59,996 nucleotides of DNA, filler included, from Sluysia triapertura (GCA_046118255.1; 5 parts of 5 records of this genome joined end to end with filler, not necessarily neighbours in it); one strand, 5' to 3'. Shown: positions 21,508 through 35,740, counted from the whole stretch's first letter. Made by a program: numbers and translations. The notes: generated from the letters alone by a model not told the origin.

Positions 21508-22233
21508 TGTGGTGCCCAACTTATTACCTTAACAAATTTTATTAAAAATTTACATTAAACATTTTCAGAAATTCATTAAAAACATTTAGTTACATAAGTC
21601 TTCCTCAATATAACATTCACTCCCAAAATCTACAACTCACATTTTAAATTCACAATCAATACAAAATAATTAAAATCATATTCGTTTCAACACCACACAA
21701 CAACCTCGTAAAATTCGTCACAACCGTTTTATACCTTAATTCTTTTCACATCCACCAAAATAAACTCACACTTTTCAAAACACTTCAAATCTACAATCTC
21801 ATAACATACAATACCATCAATTTACATTAAGAGATTCACCAAAAATATTTTATTCGACACTTCATAACAATTCAATCACTATCACATTCGAAATTAACTA
21901 ACAGACATATTCAAAGCAATCCATACATTCTAAATTCACGATCTGTTACCATTAAAACCTAACAGCTAAACATTACTTTCTTTCAAAACATCAGTGTACA
22001 TTTATCATCTATTTTCTAACATTTACATTATTCCTAATACTTAAGCCTTAACCTTCTACACTTTAATATATCTTCAGTAAGAACATTAAATAGTATCTAA
22101 AATTCATGTAAAACTAGAAAACAGCGGTTAAAATTTATATTAAAACGCGTCACTCATTATCTTAAAACATTACCATCACTATTACACCTGAAAACCTTAT
22201 CCAAATTACGTAATATTAAGCTGTAACATCACA
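21508..22233 (+). repeat. C-rich/G-poor LTR-like repeat family B, possible solo LTR
   Basis: Starts TGTGGTG, ends CATCACA (imperfect inverted ends). Internal block cacattcgaaattaactaacagacatattcaaagcaatccatacattctaaattca matches ~47500-47555. No TSD found. Confidence 0.5.
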
Positions 22234-22888
22234 GACTCACATTTCTTTAAGGTTCATCTGTTTTTATAAGTTTGATATGTTAAGAAAGAAAAGAATTAAA
22301 TGCAAGATCATGTTAAACTAAGAAACTAGGACTTTATGCATTTTAATAACATTGTCGTTCTTGTTATTATTGTTATCATTCTTAATTCCATCATTTTTCT
22401 TACTTTCAAATATGTCAGAAATAAAAAATATAAAAGAAAGTTTGTTTTTAAGAAACAAAGAATTTATGTTGTAATAATAATAACACAGTATTGTTATTAT
22501 TATTATTGTCAATACAAATTTTAATTTTCAATTTTTGTCAATTATTTTGGAAACTACCACTATTTTAATTTACAATCACAGTCACTGTCACCATTGATAG
22601 TGGTTAGTGTAGGCCTTTCATGATGTAGTAGTAGCTTCTATTATTACTGGTTGTCCAACCAGAATGATTTTCTCATTATATTTATATATCTTCCCTTGGA
22701 CAACCAATCAAGACAAAAAAATTTTTGTCATTACCAAAAAATAAAAAGTACACCAAATTATAATTAATTAATGTTATCAAATTTCTAGTAATTGAAAATT
22801 TTTTTATCAATTATGGTAAATTATACTTATCATTTTTGTTGTTTTATTAATTATAATAGTCCTTCGAGGCTTAACTTTTGTATTTTAC

Positions 22889-24180
22889 ATGAATTCATGG
22901 GCCTGTTTTAGTAAAATTCCTAAATGCGAATGTTTTGGAGAAAAATATGAAAAAATTGTAACTACAAATTTTAGAGCTGATAACGTGGGTATGGTTAGAA
23001 CTGCGATTGAACCCACCCTTACTTCCTTACATCCCGGCATTCCTTTGCTCGACAAGAAGATAATAATATATAAAACAGTTTTAACTAAATAGACACCTCA
23101 AGATTATTTAAAGGTGATACAAGAACTTCAACGATTAAAGAGTTTATTATGCAACACTCTTGAGTATAATATTGATGCACAAATTAAGGAACATGTGCTT
23201 CTAGTATGTATAAAAGATTTCGAAGAAACTGTTTTTCGAAGCCAACTGATGTAATCATAAAATGCTACAATGTGTACAAAACCAAATCGAAAAAGTTTTA
23301 CCTAAATGAACGACCAGAGAGCTATAACGAAAATAATGCTATTAATGAAAAGTTTAATGATATTTATGAAGATACGATGCTGGAGTCGCTCAAAATTGTC
23401 ATAATTCTAACAAATGATTATCTAGAAATGACATTACCAATACGTTTATTTAATGCGGCTCTTTGTTTATCAAATAAGTGAAATCGATATTTGACAATAA
23501 AATCTTCACATAGTGCAGATTTGATTCATGATGAATGTAAAATTACTCTTAAAAGTCTCAGTGAAATTACTTTGAAGACATTATTTGCATGGTGGGGCAA
23601 TTCAAAATAATACTTTCTGATCATATTTTTAATCATCAAGAAAAAATTCATGAAATTAATTTAGATGATTTAGTATTGGCTGTTTACGATCTGTTTGAAT
23701 TGTGCAATGAATTTTACATTAGTTTCGATGATTGGCATCTTTTTCTGACCTTGATAAGATAATTTAAATCGACCGAATAAACAAATGAATTAATTAATCC
23801 CTTAACATTATCAGAACATAAAGTGGTTTTGGAATCAATATAAAAAAATGAAGATGAACTTGATGAAATTAACAATAAGGATATAATATCATCAGATGAA
23901 TCACAATGTAATTTAAGTGAAACACGTTTGCTATATAAAGATCTGGGAAAGACATCAAAAGAGGAATGTGACCAAGAAGGAAATTGTGTCAAATATGGGA
24001 GCAGTTGTATGTATGCCCATACAGTGGATAAGCTAATGATTTGTTCACAGAACGCGGATCATCTATATCGAATCGGAAGCATCTTGAGATTCCTTGAAAT
24101 ATCAAAGCTGAACGTGAGCAAGAACAATGCGATTATCATTGAACTAAAATTAATTAGATTTTATACTGATAATAATGATA
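22889..24180 (+). pseudogene. Decayed ORF ending in a CCCH zinc-finger-like motif
   Basis: Chain of same-strand ORF fragments; LYKDLGKTSKEECDQEGNCVKYGSSCMYAHTVDKL resembles YKT..C..G.C.YG..C.FAH..EL. Confidence 0.4.
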
Positions 24181-25724
24181 TTATAATGTTTTATTTTTGT
24201 TCAGATAGCGGAGCGGGTGAAACACATCGCACATCATTCGGGACAGTATTTTTATGTAATTTTTTATGTAAAATTTTATGTAATTTTTATTTATTATCGT
24301 TTGTAGTAAAGTTTAAAAATAAATTTCAAATATGTTTATCATTTTTCTATCATAATAAAAAGTCAATTTGAGTGAAACATCGATAAAAAAATATATTCAC
24401 CCAACAACAATAATGAAATTATTAATCACAACTAATATAATGAATTATTACATTTTTTGTAAATTAAAAATGGTACCAATTAATTTGTAATACTTCAAAT
24501 AAAAATCTGATAATCATTTCAAAGAAGAACTTCTTTTTCTATTCAAATTTATTTTCTTATTAAATTTTCATCACATGATCTTCTCTACAATAAATTTCCC
24601 TCTAATCAATAATTTACTTTCTAACAATTCTATTCAACAGTGATATCACGGTCGAATAGCCAATTTTCTCTGTATATTAGTTAATTACAATTCATATATT
24701 ATTGCTTATCACATTATAATGCTGTGTATTTTATATAATTATATCTGTCTACTAGCATTTATTTGGTTTTTCACGTTTTATCGGTATCTGTGTTGATCCA
24801 TGACATTTGCTAAGTTCCATCTGCGTATCATTGTAATTATTCTAAGTACTTTTGATGTTTGAAAATATTTCGAATATTTTTAAACCTTTTTTAAATTTTG
24901 AGTTATAAAGTAAATGATCGTCGATATTTTAATATTGTAAAATAAGTGCAACATGATTTTATTTAAAATGTTTTATTTTCAAATTATTTTCAACAATATT
25001 TACAATGCCCATAAATGTATAAATTGTCTTCATATTATCCTTAAATTTTAAAATAATATCAACGTTATTAATTGTAATGATTTTACTTAAAGATTATTCA
25101 AGCAAATAATTTCTCATTTTATTTAAATAGTTTTCAATTATAAATTTTTAGTATCCAAATTAAAGACAATATTTGTATCTAAATTTTAACCAAAAATTGA
25201 ATTTTTAATTATGTTAAACTATTTCTTCAATATTTTTACTTGCTATATTTTTACTTACAATATTATAATTTTTATATTTTTTAATTGTTCATTATTTATA
25301 GATGTATTTTTTGCTTTATGTGTGATAGAAAAGAGAATTCAACAGTTGTAATTTTTAAACTGATAAATTGTATTTATTGTCTATATTGTAATTTTCTTAC
25401 TTTTTATTTTGCTTTTAATATTTTCATAATAAAAAGAAAATGATTTTCGAGAATAATAAAAAGTAATTGATATTTAGTATTTTGCAATTTGTTAACAGAC
25501 AAACTTTAATTGCAAAAACATGCACTAAAGTAAAAAATTTTCATTTTTAAAAAACATCACTACAGTTTGATATTCATTTTGAATAGAGAAAAAATATTTT
25601 TATATATTAATTTATTTCATTTATAATTAATAATTTTATTTTTTAAACTTAAATTCTTTTGAAGATTCTATTACTGTTTGAATATATGTTTAATATTTTT
25701 ATATTATATTATGTAGATATCGCG

Positions 25725-25824
25725 NNNNNNNNNNNNNNNNNNNNNNNNNNNNNNNNNNNNNNNNNNNNTTAATTAATTAANNNNNNNNNNNNNNNNNNNN
25801 NNNNNNNNNNNNNNNNNNNNNNNN
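25725..25824. other. Artificial assembly gap spacer
   Basis: N44-TTAATTAATTAA-N44. Confidence 0.97.
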
Positions 25825-26846
25825 ATCAAAAGTATATATAAAATAAAAACAAAACAGTACATTTATGTATTAGAAAACGATTGAGAATAACTTCAGTATG
25901 CATAAATTTTCGGCGGAGCACTTGTATTCATTCGAAGGTCCTCTAAGGGCCCCCTCGGGCCTGGGCTCTGTGCGGATACACCTATTGCACCTGCCTATTA
26001 ATTTATTATACAAAACAGTGCAAAAGTTGCAATTCTTATTGAATCAATGGCAAGACCAATTTTTCAGTAAAAAAATCTAATACATCTTATCTTATGGAAT
26101 TGTACTGGTTACCAATAAAAGAAAGAGTAGAAGTCCTGAATATCTCTTGGAAAAAAATAAAAAATAAACCCAAAATGAATGTCTTTAATCCTTTAATTAA
26201 AAAAATGTTTTACAAAGGTTTATAACTCCAATATAAGTAAAGGAAATTAATCAAAGAGATAGAATATAAAAATTGTTTGCTACATTTATGACAAATATTA
26301 CACAGTTTTTGACATTCTGGAAAGAAGCAAATTGTATTAGTATTGTGAGACGCGTAGAAATACAAAATAATATATAATATTTAATGGCCATTATTCTTCT
26401 ACTCAAGACTCTTACAAGAATACTCTGATAAGTCTAAAACATAAAGAAGAATGAAACTTATCTTGCAAACATTTCAAAAATACCTTAATAAACAGCAAAA
26501 ACAAGTAAACATGAGAAAATGAAAATCATTTTGTATCGAATGTGGATGAGAATTCGTCAAACTTGCAAACTATTACAGATCGGACGTAAATGTCAAAAAC
26601 TGGAAACATATTCCGAATAACAACAATATGAGAACCATTTTTAAAAATTTAAAGAATCAAGAAGTGTCCAAGATACTCCAAAATCAGAAAGAAGATCAAA
26701 AAAAGAAATCATCAAATCATTTTTACGTTAACGTTTATTCTACTGAATTTTTTCAATTTTTCGTTTGTGCAGACTTCATATTTTAGAGTAAACAATAAAA
26801 TTTACGTTATCACTCTATCATGATTATTGTTTTATATATTTCACAG

Positions 26847-27123
26847 TCATGATCCTGAAAAATGGAGTCACGTCAGTTGCGCTATTTGGGTCCCAGAAGT
26901 TGGATTTGGAAGTGTGGAACGTATGGAACCAATAATTCGATTTAATATGATACCTCAAGCACGCTGGAATTTACGTTGCCATTTATGTAAACAGTACAAT
27001 GTTGGTGCACCGATTCAATGTTACGATAAAAAATGTAAATTGGCATTTCATGTTACTTGTGCAATCAGTCACAATTTATTGATGAACCAAGAAATATCGG
27101 AAACTAATGATGTCAGATTAATG
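26847..27123 (+). CDS. Internal exon of JADE/rhinoceros-family (PZP; ePHD/PHD2) gene
   Basis: Acceptor tttcacag, donor ATG|gttcgt; KWSHVSCAIWVPEV..MEPI..IPQARWNLRCHLCKQ..GAPIQC..CKLAFHVTCA..DVRLM. Confidence 0.9.
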
Positions 27124-27205
27124 GTTCGTTTATTTCTATTTTTCCTCATCGGTAATAAAACTGTCTGAATAATTTTATCTAAATAAATAAGTTATAGGCT
27201 TTAAT

Positions 27206-27206
27206 G

Positions 27207-27259
<53 letters not shown>
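27206..27259. repeat. (AAT)n microsatellite
   Basis: Read directly. Confidence 0.95.
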
Positions 27260-28629
27260 TTGCTATATATATTTTGCTTTAAAATTTCTATTTAATTAAA
27301 TTCGTTTTTATTAATTTGAGTATTTGTTGCAAAAGTTGTGGTATTTTTATGAGAATTTAATTTTCTACTGAAAGCTCGAAAGAGTGTGCCGATTTTTTAA
27401 AATTTAGTCCTACTATTTAATAGTACAGTTTATACTTATTGGAATTATCTGTTTTATGTTAAGGAGTTACTTTCAGCTTCAACTCCGTCGTTTTTGAGAG
27501 CTGCAAGATGTAATTTATAACTCAACAATTATGAGTTTGATGGTTATTGTTTAATTTAACATTTATTCAGTACAAAATATATTCCCTAAAGATAATTAAG
27601 TAGTTTTATACTTTTTCCTAAACTCGGATTTATTCCATCATCAGATAAACTAAATCATAAAGACTAATAGTCACATATTTACGCAAACACCTCACAATAT
27701 TGCGTTATCGTTCTAGAGGATGACGCAGAAATGCGATGTTAATAGATTCAATTGAATTTTTTACCATGAAAATTTCTCATGCTAATTTACTAAAGTACTA
27801 AGATCTATTCTAAATCAAATAACCAAGTGACTAACATGTAATTATTGGGATGTTGAATCTATTAACGTCCAGTTTGCATTGTTCGTGCGACACAACTTCA
27901 AAAGCACGATTGTAAATAATAATTATTCGTTTTTAGGAATATTATTTAACAGATATAAATATGAATGCAAAGTGTTAAATTTTGATGTTAGAGAGTGACA
28001 AATCTGGATAGTAAAAGCGGGATTACGTGTGATTCATGCGATCGTTTCTGATTCAATTTGGTAGCGGATAGAGATGGATTATTTTTTAAGTAAAATCAAA
28101 TCAAAACAATTATTGATTATGTAAATAATATAAATTATTGATTTAATGTAAAATAAGTAGATTAATTATTATCGATTATCTATAATAATAATTATTGTTT
28201 TATTATTATTATTATTTACCATCTTTGTTTAAAATCACTTGTTTAAGGTCAAAATTTGAAATTATATAATTTGTGAGCTTACGATTTTAAATAATTATCG
28301 GTTTTAATTTACGAATGATGTAGGTGGTTTATCCCTATCTTTCTGACTTATTTTTCTTAACAATTTCCTTGTCTTAATCTTATGTAAATTGTGTGGTTGG
28401 CAATAGAATTTGATTAAATTAGTAGTATTAATAGTCTGAAACTTTACATTATCGTTATGAATAGTAAATTTCGGAACTTGTTTTAAAATCTTATTAGTTT
28501 AATTTTAGTATGAACATAAATATTTGAATTTAAATTTACAAAATAAAAAAAGATATTGTAATATATTTAATACAATCACTTATAAAATTGAAACAGTTAT
28601 GGATTAAAGGTAGTTGCTTATATTGTCCG

Positions 28630-29330
28630 GTAAGTTTATCCAAGGACACATTGTCATTTTCATTGATTGCAGGTTCCTAAAATTACACAAAAGCAAATAT
28701 TAAGTATTAATTTATTATTGAAAATTAAGATTTCTTCTCTGACACTATAGTACGCATCCTCTTCTACATCTATATCAATTTCTTGTAATTCTTCATCATT
28801 TGTTTCTATTAATAATTTCAATATTAATAATTTGATCATCATTTAAGCTTATTTCTTCATTTAACTCTGGTTTATTTGATTCTGCTTCTACTTCATCATT
28901 ATTTTCTTTTTATTCTGAATCTATTACTTTATTAATTTTCTTGATTGCTTTGTTTTTCTTTCATTTACCTTCCCATTTATTTGCTGAATTTTTTTCTTGT
29001 CCTCATTTGCATTTACTTTTATTTCTTTTACTTATTTCATTCTTCCATTTTTGATTAAATATTTCTCGAATTCTAACTTGAATTAGTTGAATTGTTAACC
29101 TAATTCCCTTCTTTGTTTATCCTTGTAAGCCAAATATCTGACATGCATATAAGTCAAATACTTATTGTTTATTTTTGAATACGTTTTTGTCACAGTCTAA
29201 TCCCAGTAATATAAAGTTCTCGGAGCATTTCATTCTTTTCTTCATCGGTTATTAATTTGAGATATTTATCATCTTCATCACTGCTAATTTCTCTTCTTGG
29301 TTCTGTTTTGGTTTTCTTAAAGCTAAACTT
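28630..29330 (-). mobile_element. Decayed retroelement fragment (post-gag acidic region), paralogous to 36600-36900
   Basis: Minus strand EPRREISSDED..KNEMLRELYITG..DCDKN is shared with the gag-linked remnant at 36600-36900. Confidence 0.55.
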
Positions 29331-29889
29331 ACGGCAAAATAAAAATTGAGCAGAATTCGGTTATAGTAAAGATCTTACAACGTGTAGATGGCGTTTCTGC
29401 ATCATGATAAGTTAATAATTTTACTATAATTACTCGAAAAAACACATCTAACTTAATGATTTCTAAGAGGGTCTTAAAATTTATATATCATTTAATCAAC
29501 TTTAATTAAATTAAATTAAATACAAGATTAAAAATAATTAAAATTCAAGACAAAATTTGTACAATGAAAAAAAATTAAAAATTCAAATGTTATTTTAAGA
29601 TTAAAATCCTTTTGGGATCTTTAATCTACTTCCTTTTTGATTTTAAGTCAAAAGTTTCCCCTCAATATATCGTGGTTCTTACAATACAATGATCAATTTC
29701 TGATTTTAAGTATATTTTATAATTCTGATTTAAGAAAAATCAAAATCACCTTAAAATAAAATAATTTACCCTTTCATGGAATAAACAGATAAAACTGGAA
29801 CGAGAAGGAGGTCCTTGTACTATTTTACTGCCCAATCACTTGACTAGAAACTCCAATTCTTGAAAAAATGGATCAAATAGAACGCTGGA

Positions 29890-30115
29890 TAAAGTGATGA
29901 CTAGTATATTTTTCAAAATGGCGTTGACTGTTAATAAATTGAATTATACTTTCAAAATGGCGATTTTCGTTAAACTGATGCTAGTTTATATAATAGTCAT
30001 CAGCCAATGAAAATCGATGGAATGTTTCTTTTTTGGAAAATAATGTACTTTTTTTGGAAAATCAACATATATTAAGTTTTAAATAATTTTAAAGCATTTT
30101 AGAGGGTCGTGATGA
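29890..30115 (+). repeat. Dispersed repeat family C, copy 2 (CCAAT box and two AAAATGGCG motifs)
   Basis: agtcatcagccaat...gggtcgtgatg matches the reverse complement of 57545-57715. Confidence 0.65.
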
Positions 30116-32497
30116 CAACCAAACAGTTCTTTGTTCTTGATTTTCTTATTTCATTTCTCCATACTGATATCTTCATATTCATTTCTGCCAACTCTTAAAT
30201 TTTCTCGTACCACAAATGTTATCATCAGAAAGTCTTGAGGAATTGTGTATTATTAATTCTTTAGAAGAATCATTACATTCTATATCAAAAACTTTTTTAT
30301 TACGTCTTATAAAATCAGATGTCAAAAATAAAAGTTACAAAAAAGGATATCGGATTATCAAGTTTAAGACGAGAATTATTAAGACGAGAAATTCTTAAGA
30401 AATATGTCGATTATTTTTCAGATTTTAATGTTAAAATTTCTTGCAACTTTCTCTTTTTTCTGATTTGATGTACTTCATCGATTGGCAAATAGGCATAGCT
30501 AAATTTTTTCAATGAAACATTCTCTAATACATATTTCAAATCTTCTTCATATAATAATAATAATATAATACAATATAATTATAATATAATAATAATAATG
30601 GTAGTGGTAGTGGTAGTGGTGACAACAGTAATGGTGGGAATGCTTGTTGTAATGATTTATGTTTGCGGATTGAAAAAGTGAAGTGATAAATGTATCACAT
30701 GTTTTGCAAGCGAATGAAGGATTTGAGAAGGTGAGACAGTGTTATGTAAAGATGAATGATGAATGAGTATTGATACGTGTTTTCGACATAATAAAGTCAT
30801 CGGTAATGGTTTCCACATTCATTAACGAGGAAGAGTAGATTCGCATTTGTAACTTGATATGAAAAATGATAGTTCGACTGCTTTTTCAATCGTATTCATT
30901 CGATTAGAATCTGGCTGATGAATGTCGCTAAAAGGTCCTTTAGTACTTTGAATATCGTTATTACTAATTTGATATGAATGAATTTTGTTAACTTTACCAT
31001 AAACTTTCTTTTGTTGACATTATTTTCTGTGAATATACACAATGGTTTGATTACAATAAATTATAAAATAACAAATCGCGAGGTGTAATTTTTAACTCCT
31101 TATCCTTCAATTTAATTTGTATGCCTTAACTTATATATATATTTTTTTTCTCTTACATAATATCGGTTCTCGATTAATATAATTAATCCTCGGAAGATAA
31201 TTTAATTACTTTTAGAAATGTATTTTCTTAAATGAATGATCTTAATACAATTATAGGTCTTAATTAATGTTTTAAAGTTTTAATTACTTTATGTGATTGA
31301 TTAGAATAATTTTATACAATAACTTAATCAAAAACAATTGTTTGGAATATTTATTATAAAATTAACATACGATAAAGGGTACTAAGAAATAATAGAACCA
31401 AGTATAGAATAACAATTGATATTTTAAAATTAAAGCCTTTCAACCCTTAATTTTTTTATAAATTACTTATTTTAAAGAATGACTTTTCTATTATAAATTT
31501 TTTAGTGGATTTTATTGTTTTAACTTCGAAAGTTAAAATGCCCTTACTAATAACTTACTAATTGACACCGAGAACAACTTTTCAAATGGTTATATTATAA
31601 ATCGCGTCCTTTGTTTTATCTAACTAAATTATGCTTCTTTTTGATTCAACTGCAACCATATACCAACTATATCCAAAATATTCTAGAATTTTCGATTTTT
31701 TGAAAAATTATCTATTTTTGTGTTTTAAGATTTTAAAGGGATTGCGATAATAACCTAACAATAACAATGGCTCGAATTTTTAGGAGTTCAAATAATGTGC
31801 TGTTATTTCGATTTTTGATAAATAATACTCGATAATAATACTCTTCTCAAATTTAAGATGAATGCGATTCAATTAACGATCTTAGAAGGTCATCTATTAA
31901 AGATTGTGTTGAATGTAGAATATATTCAAGTTCCAAATTTCTGGAATCAGTTTTGATGCCTTCTGATAACTTTAGCGGCACTTGATCTTAGTTTATATTC
32001 GCAGTAATGCTTATTTGACACCACTTTAGCTACGACTCTGGATATATTCTAAATACAGAAAAATATTAGAATGCTAAAATGAAATAAACTTATTTCTATT
32101 CCAGGAAGAGACCTCTTTAGAGTAAAGTTTAAGAGAATAAGAATTCAATTTTGTATATAGTGATCAAATCTACAATATGCAAAATATTTTTTAAAAAAGT
32201 GCGCAGGTGGTTTTAATTTAGTTATTTTTTCTTCTATCTTTCATTTCTAGATCTTAATTTCGACATTTTAAAATTTTTGCGATTTTTAAATTTATCAAAT
32301 ACTTAAATTTGTTTTTTCTACTTGAATTTTGTTTTCTTAATTGTTTTTGTGGCTTTTTACTTCGTTTTTATAATCCACTCTTTTTTATATTACTTCGAAA
32401 CCAAAACAAATTAATCATAAGCACAATAATAGACAAACATGTAAAATTTATTCGACCTAATAATTTAATAAATAAAACAGAAGAATTCAACAAGTAT

Positions 32498-32575
32498 ACA
32501 ATAAAAATAAAACGAATAACAATAAAAATAACACGAATAACAATAAAAATAACACGAATAACAATAAAAATAATA
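32498..32575. repeat. 21-bp tandem repeat (ACAATAAAAATAACACGAATA) ~3.5 copies
   Basis: Read directly. Confidence 0.85.
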
Positions 32576-35500
32576 ATTATAATTTGAATAAATAATGAAC
32601 AAAAGCAGAAGAAATTTAAGAAATAGAATTATTTTAGCTTTAAAAAGAGCGAAAAAAGTTTATATAAACTAACTAGAAAGTTTGAAATATTTGAAAGTAA
32701 TATTTTTCAATGAGCTGGTGCTATCAGAAATGTGAATGTAAATTGCCATATTACGAATGATTTTCATGAAGATTTATTTCAATGGTTTTTTTTCAAAAAT
32801 TTGTAATTTTCGAACTGAAAATTTTATAGTTAAATCCGATAGTTAAATGGTTTTAAAGACGGTACAATTTTAATACAAAATTACTCTCCGGTGAATGTGA
32901 TTTTGTTGTAAGTTCGATTTTATTTCTATTTAAGGAGTGCGGCTATTCATTTATTTACAGTTGTAAAGTTTCTTGATTTGTTTATTATGTTCCTTCAAGA
33001 GTTATTTCTAAAATATTGACAAAATAAAATTAATTTATAAAAATATGTGAAGAAACTTAAAAAATTGATTAATTTGTCTGATTAAATAATTACTTTGATT
33101 TTCGACTAAGCATGTTACAAATAAAATATTTAACATTACGTTACTAGCATCAAAGAAATTATTGTTGAATATGAGAAAACATGAAGAATGAAAGCTCAAA
33201 AATTTTTAGTCAAATAACAAATCGACGGTGTCTCATTTTTATACCGAAAAATTATCACACGATTATATTCGCGTTGGCAAAATTTTATCAACATTTTGAG
33301 ACAATTGTATTACTTGATCGTTCTTAACTGTTATTCCTTAATTGATGATTATTTGTGAATGTTTTGTAATTTTTTACTTTTATCAGCAATAAATACTTTG
33401 TAATTTTCTTATTATCTTGATTCTATAGTTTCGATTCTTTTACGATTCAATCTTTAAAAATCTTTTTATTGTTAGCAGGACAATTTTTATTGTTATTTGT
33501 ACAATATATACGGTTTACGGCAATTTTCAAAGCTGTAAATTAGTTGAAGTATTTATAAAGGGGTTAATGACTTTTTATTACTTGTTCATTACATTATTGA
33601 ATTTGCTGTGTTTTTTAAGAAAACTTAATAGCAAAATAGAATGAACGTTTGGGTCCGCTTGTAGTATACGGCTTATTGAGGCGTACCTACAAGAATAAAA
33701 TGAATAACTAAAAAATGTAAATCGAATTGGTTTTAATTTGTATAATATACTTAAGTAATATCTAACTTGAGGGTTTAATACAAATGTCCAGTTTTGCAAA
33801 ATTTACTATGCCAATAAATAAATAAAGTAACACTGGGAAGATTTATTTACTAAAAAACGCTATTGTACAATTGATGTATCAAACAATCACTAAAGATGCT
33901 GTTTATATTTATCGAACAATTATAATAATATAATGATAATAGAATGTTAGGAATAAAGTTTCGTTAAAAAATACAATATTTTAGTTTGATTTTGTGACTA
34001 ACTTAAGGCCAGTCGTGAAAATTTTTATTAATTTGAATATATTTTGTTGCTCCCACAAAAATAGAGAGCATAACTTAACATATGCAAACTTACTGTTTAA
34101 TTAATTAATAGGAATCAATCGCTTCAGATTATTGTCTTGAATTTTGAATGTGTAATCGAATACTTTGCCGATGTTCGGAGTCAACGTAAGCGATTATAAC
34201 CATAAATAAAATTGACTTTAACTTTATAACTAAAACTGTAATCACTAATGATTATTGTATCGACAAAAAATTTTATTTTTTATTGAAAATTTTACTCCTT
34301 ACATATAGTGAATTTTTGGCAGCCATTAGCCATTTAAATAATTATTTTATTAAAACAATTCTTTATTGTAATTTTTATTTCTTAAAGTCTACAAATATAA
34401 TTTGTTTTTTCTTTAATTTAATTTTGATTATTTAATTTTAGTTAAATTAATACTTTACTAAATATTTTAATCTTAATATTTACAACATTTAAAATGTATT
34501 TTTACAAAATTCTTACAAAATAATTAATATTCAATTCAAGATACAAAATTAATAAATTTTACAAATTATAAATGTATTTACTAATTTACTGATCGGTTTG
34601 GGTTTATAGACAGATTTCAGCATCAATATAAATACTGCAATATTAGAAAGGATTACGCGCGTACTGTTGTCAGTTATTTTCACTTGTTGTCGTAAAAATG
34701 ACGATACGATTATTAATTGAAATGAAATTAAATGGTGTAAACCAAATTAATAAATGTTTATTATTTATAGCACGTCGAATAATAATTAATTAAATTCTTT
34801 TACGAAGATCCACAAAGTATATACTAATGAAGGAATACTAAATGTTTAGAGTATTAAATATTCAAATATTGAATATGCACGAATGTCGAGTCAAATATGA
34901 ATGGTTCTTAAATATTGAACGATTATAGAATAGATCCGGCAACATCGAGTATTGATTCAAGTTTATAAAACTAAATACTTCCAAAAAGGCGAAGTATGAG
35001 ATATACATTGGTCCGGTTTGTGCACGTAAACTTGCAAAAACAATATTATTTTAATAGAACGTGTTGAAACAAAATCAATAAATTACTCAAATAAAATCAT
35101 TTATTTATTATCCAATTTATTCTCAACAAAATAATACCATCAAAATCTGAGTCAAACAATATATACATTTTTTAGGTTTTGACTTTACACGAAAAAATTT
35201 ACAAAAACAATTTCTTTGTAGGTGTGTACTGCGCTGCTGTTACATTACCAATAAATTTTTTCCTTCAGTAATCAATTTTCCTTACAGTATTCTATTAAGT
35301 GGCCAATTTCATCTATATTTAATTTTCTGATATAATATTTGATTGGACAAATTATAATTTAAATAAACATTCGTATGTAGTTATTTGTTGGTTTGTGTTA
35401 GGTAGTGTTTATTTCTTCAGTTTTAGATTTCTTGATCTTATGATACTACTGTTTAATGTGTAATCTTTTTGACTTGTTGCAAGTTCCAATATTTTTTACT

Positions 35501-35639
35501 TTTTACCACTTAATTTTGATTTCGGGGTATTTTCAGATGTTTATTTTAAAGTTTCTAGAATATTTTAAATCAATTTTATTTTAAGATCACTGAGATGTTT
35601 TTGATATTTAGATTTAAATTGCATTTTGTAATAATTTAG

Positions 35640-35740
35640 GCCTTTTGTAAAATTCACAGTAGAAAATTAAACCACGAACCTGATCTACCAGAATGCAGTA
35701 CCAAAGGTCCTCGTAACATTAGAGAAATGCGAATTGAAAA
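35640..35740 (+). CDS. Next exon of the JADE-family gene
   Basis: Acceptor ataatttag, donor aa|gtaagt. Phase 0 matches the previous exon, and AFCKIHS supplies the final Cys/His of the ePHD (cf. SYCPKHS). Confidence 0.8.

Noticed and set aside
25900-25995. GC-rich island (gggccccctcgggcctgggc) as ncRNA
   Set aside because: No tRNA or other known fold; more likely a scrap of a non-autonomous DNA transposon, and ends cannot be defined.
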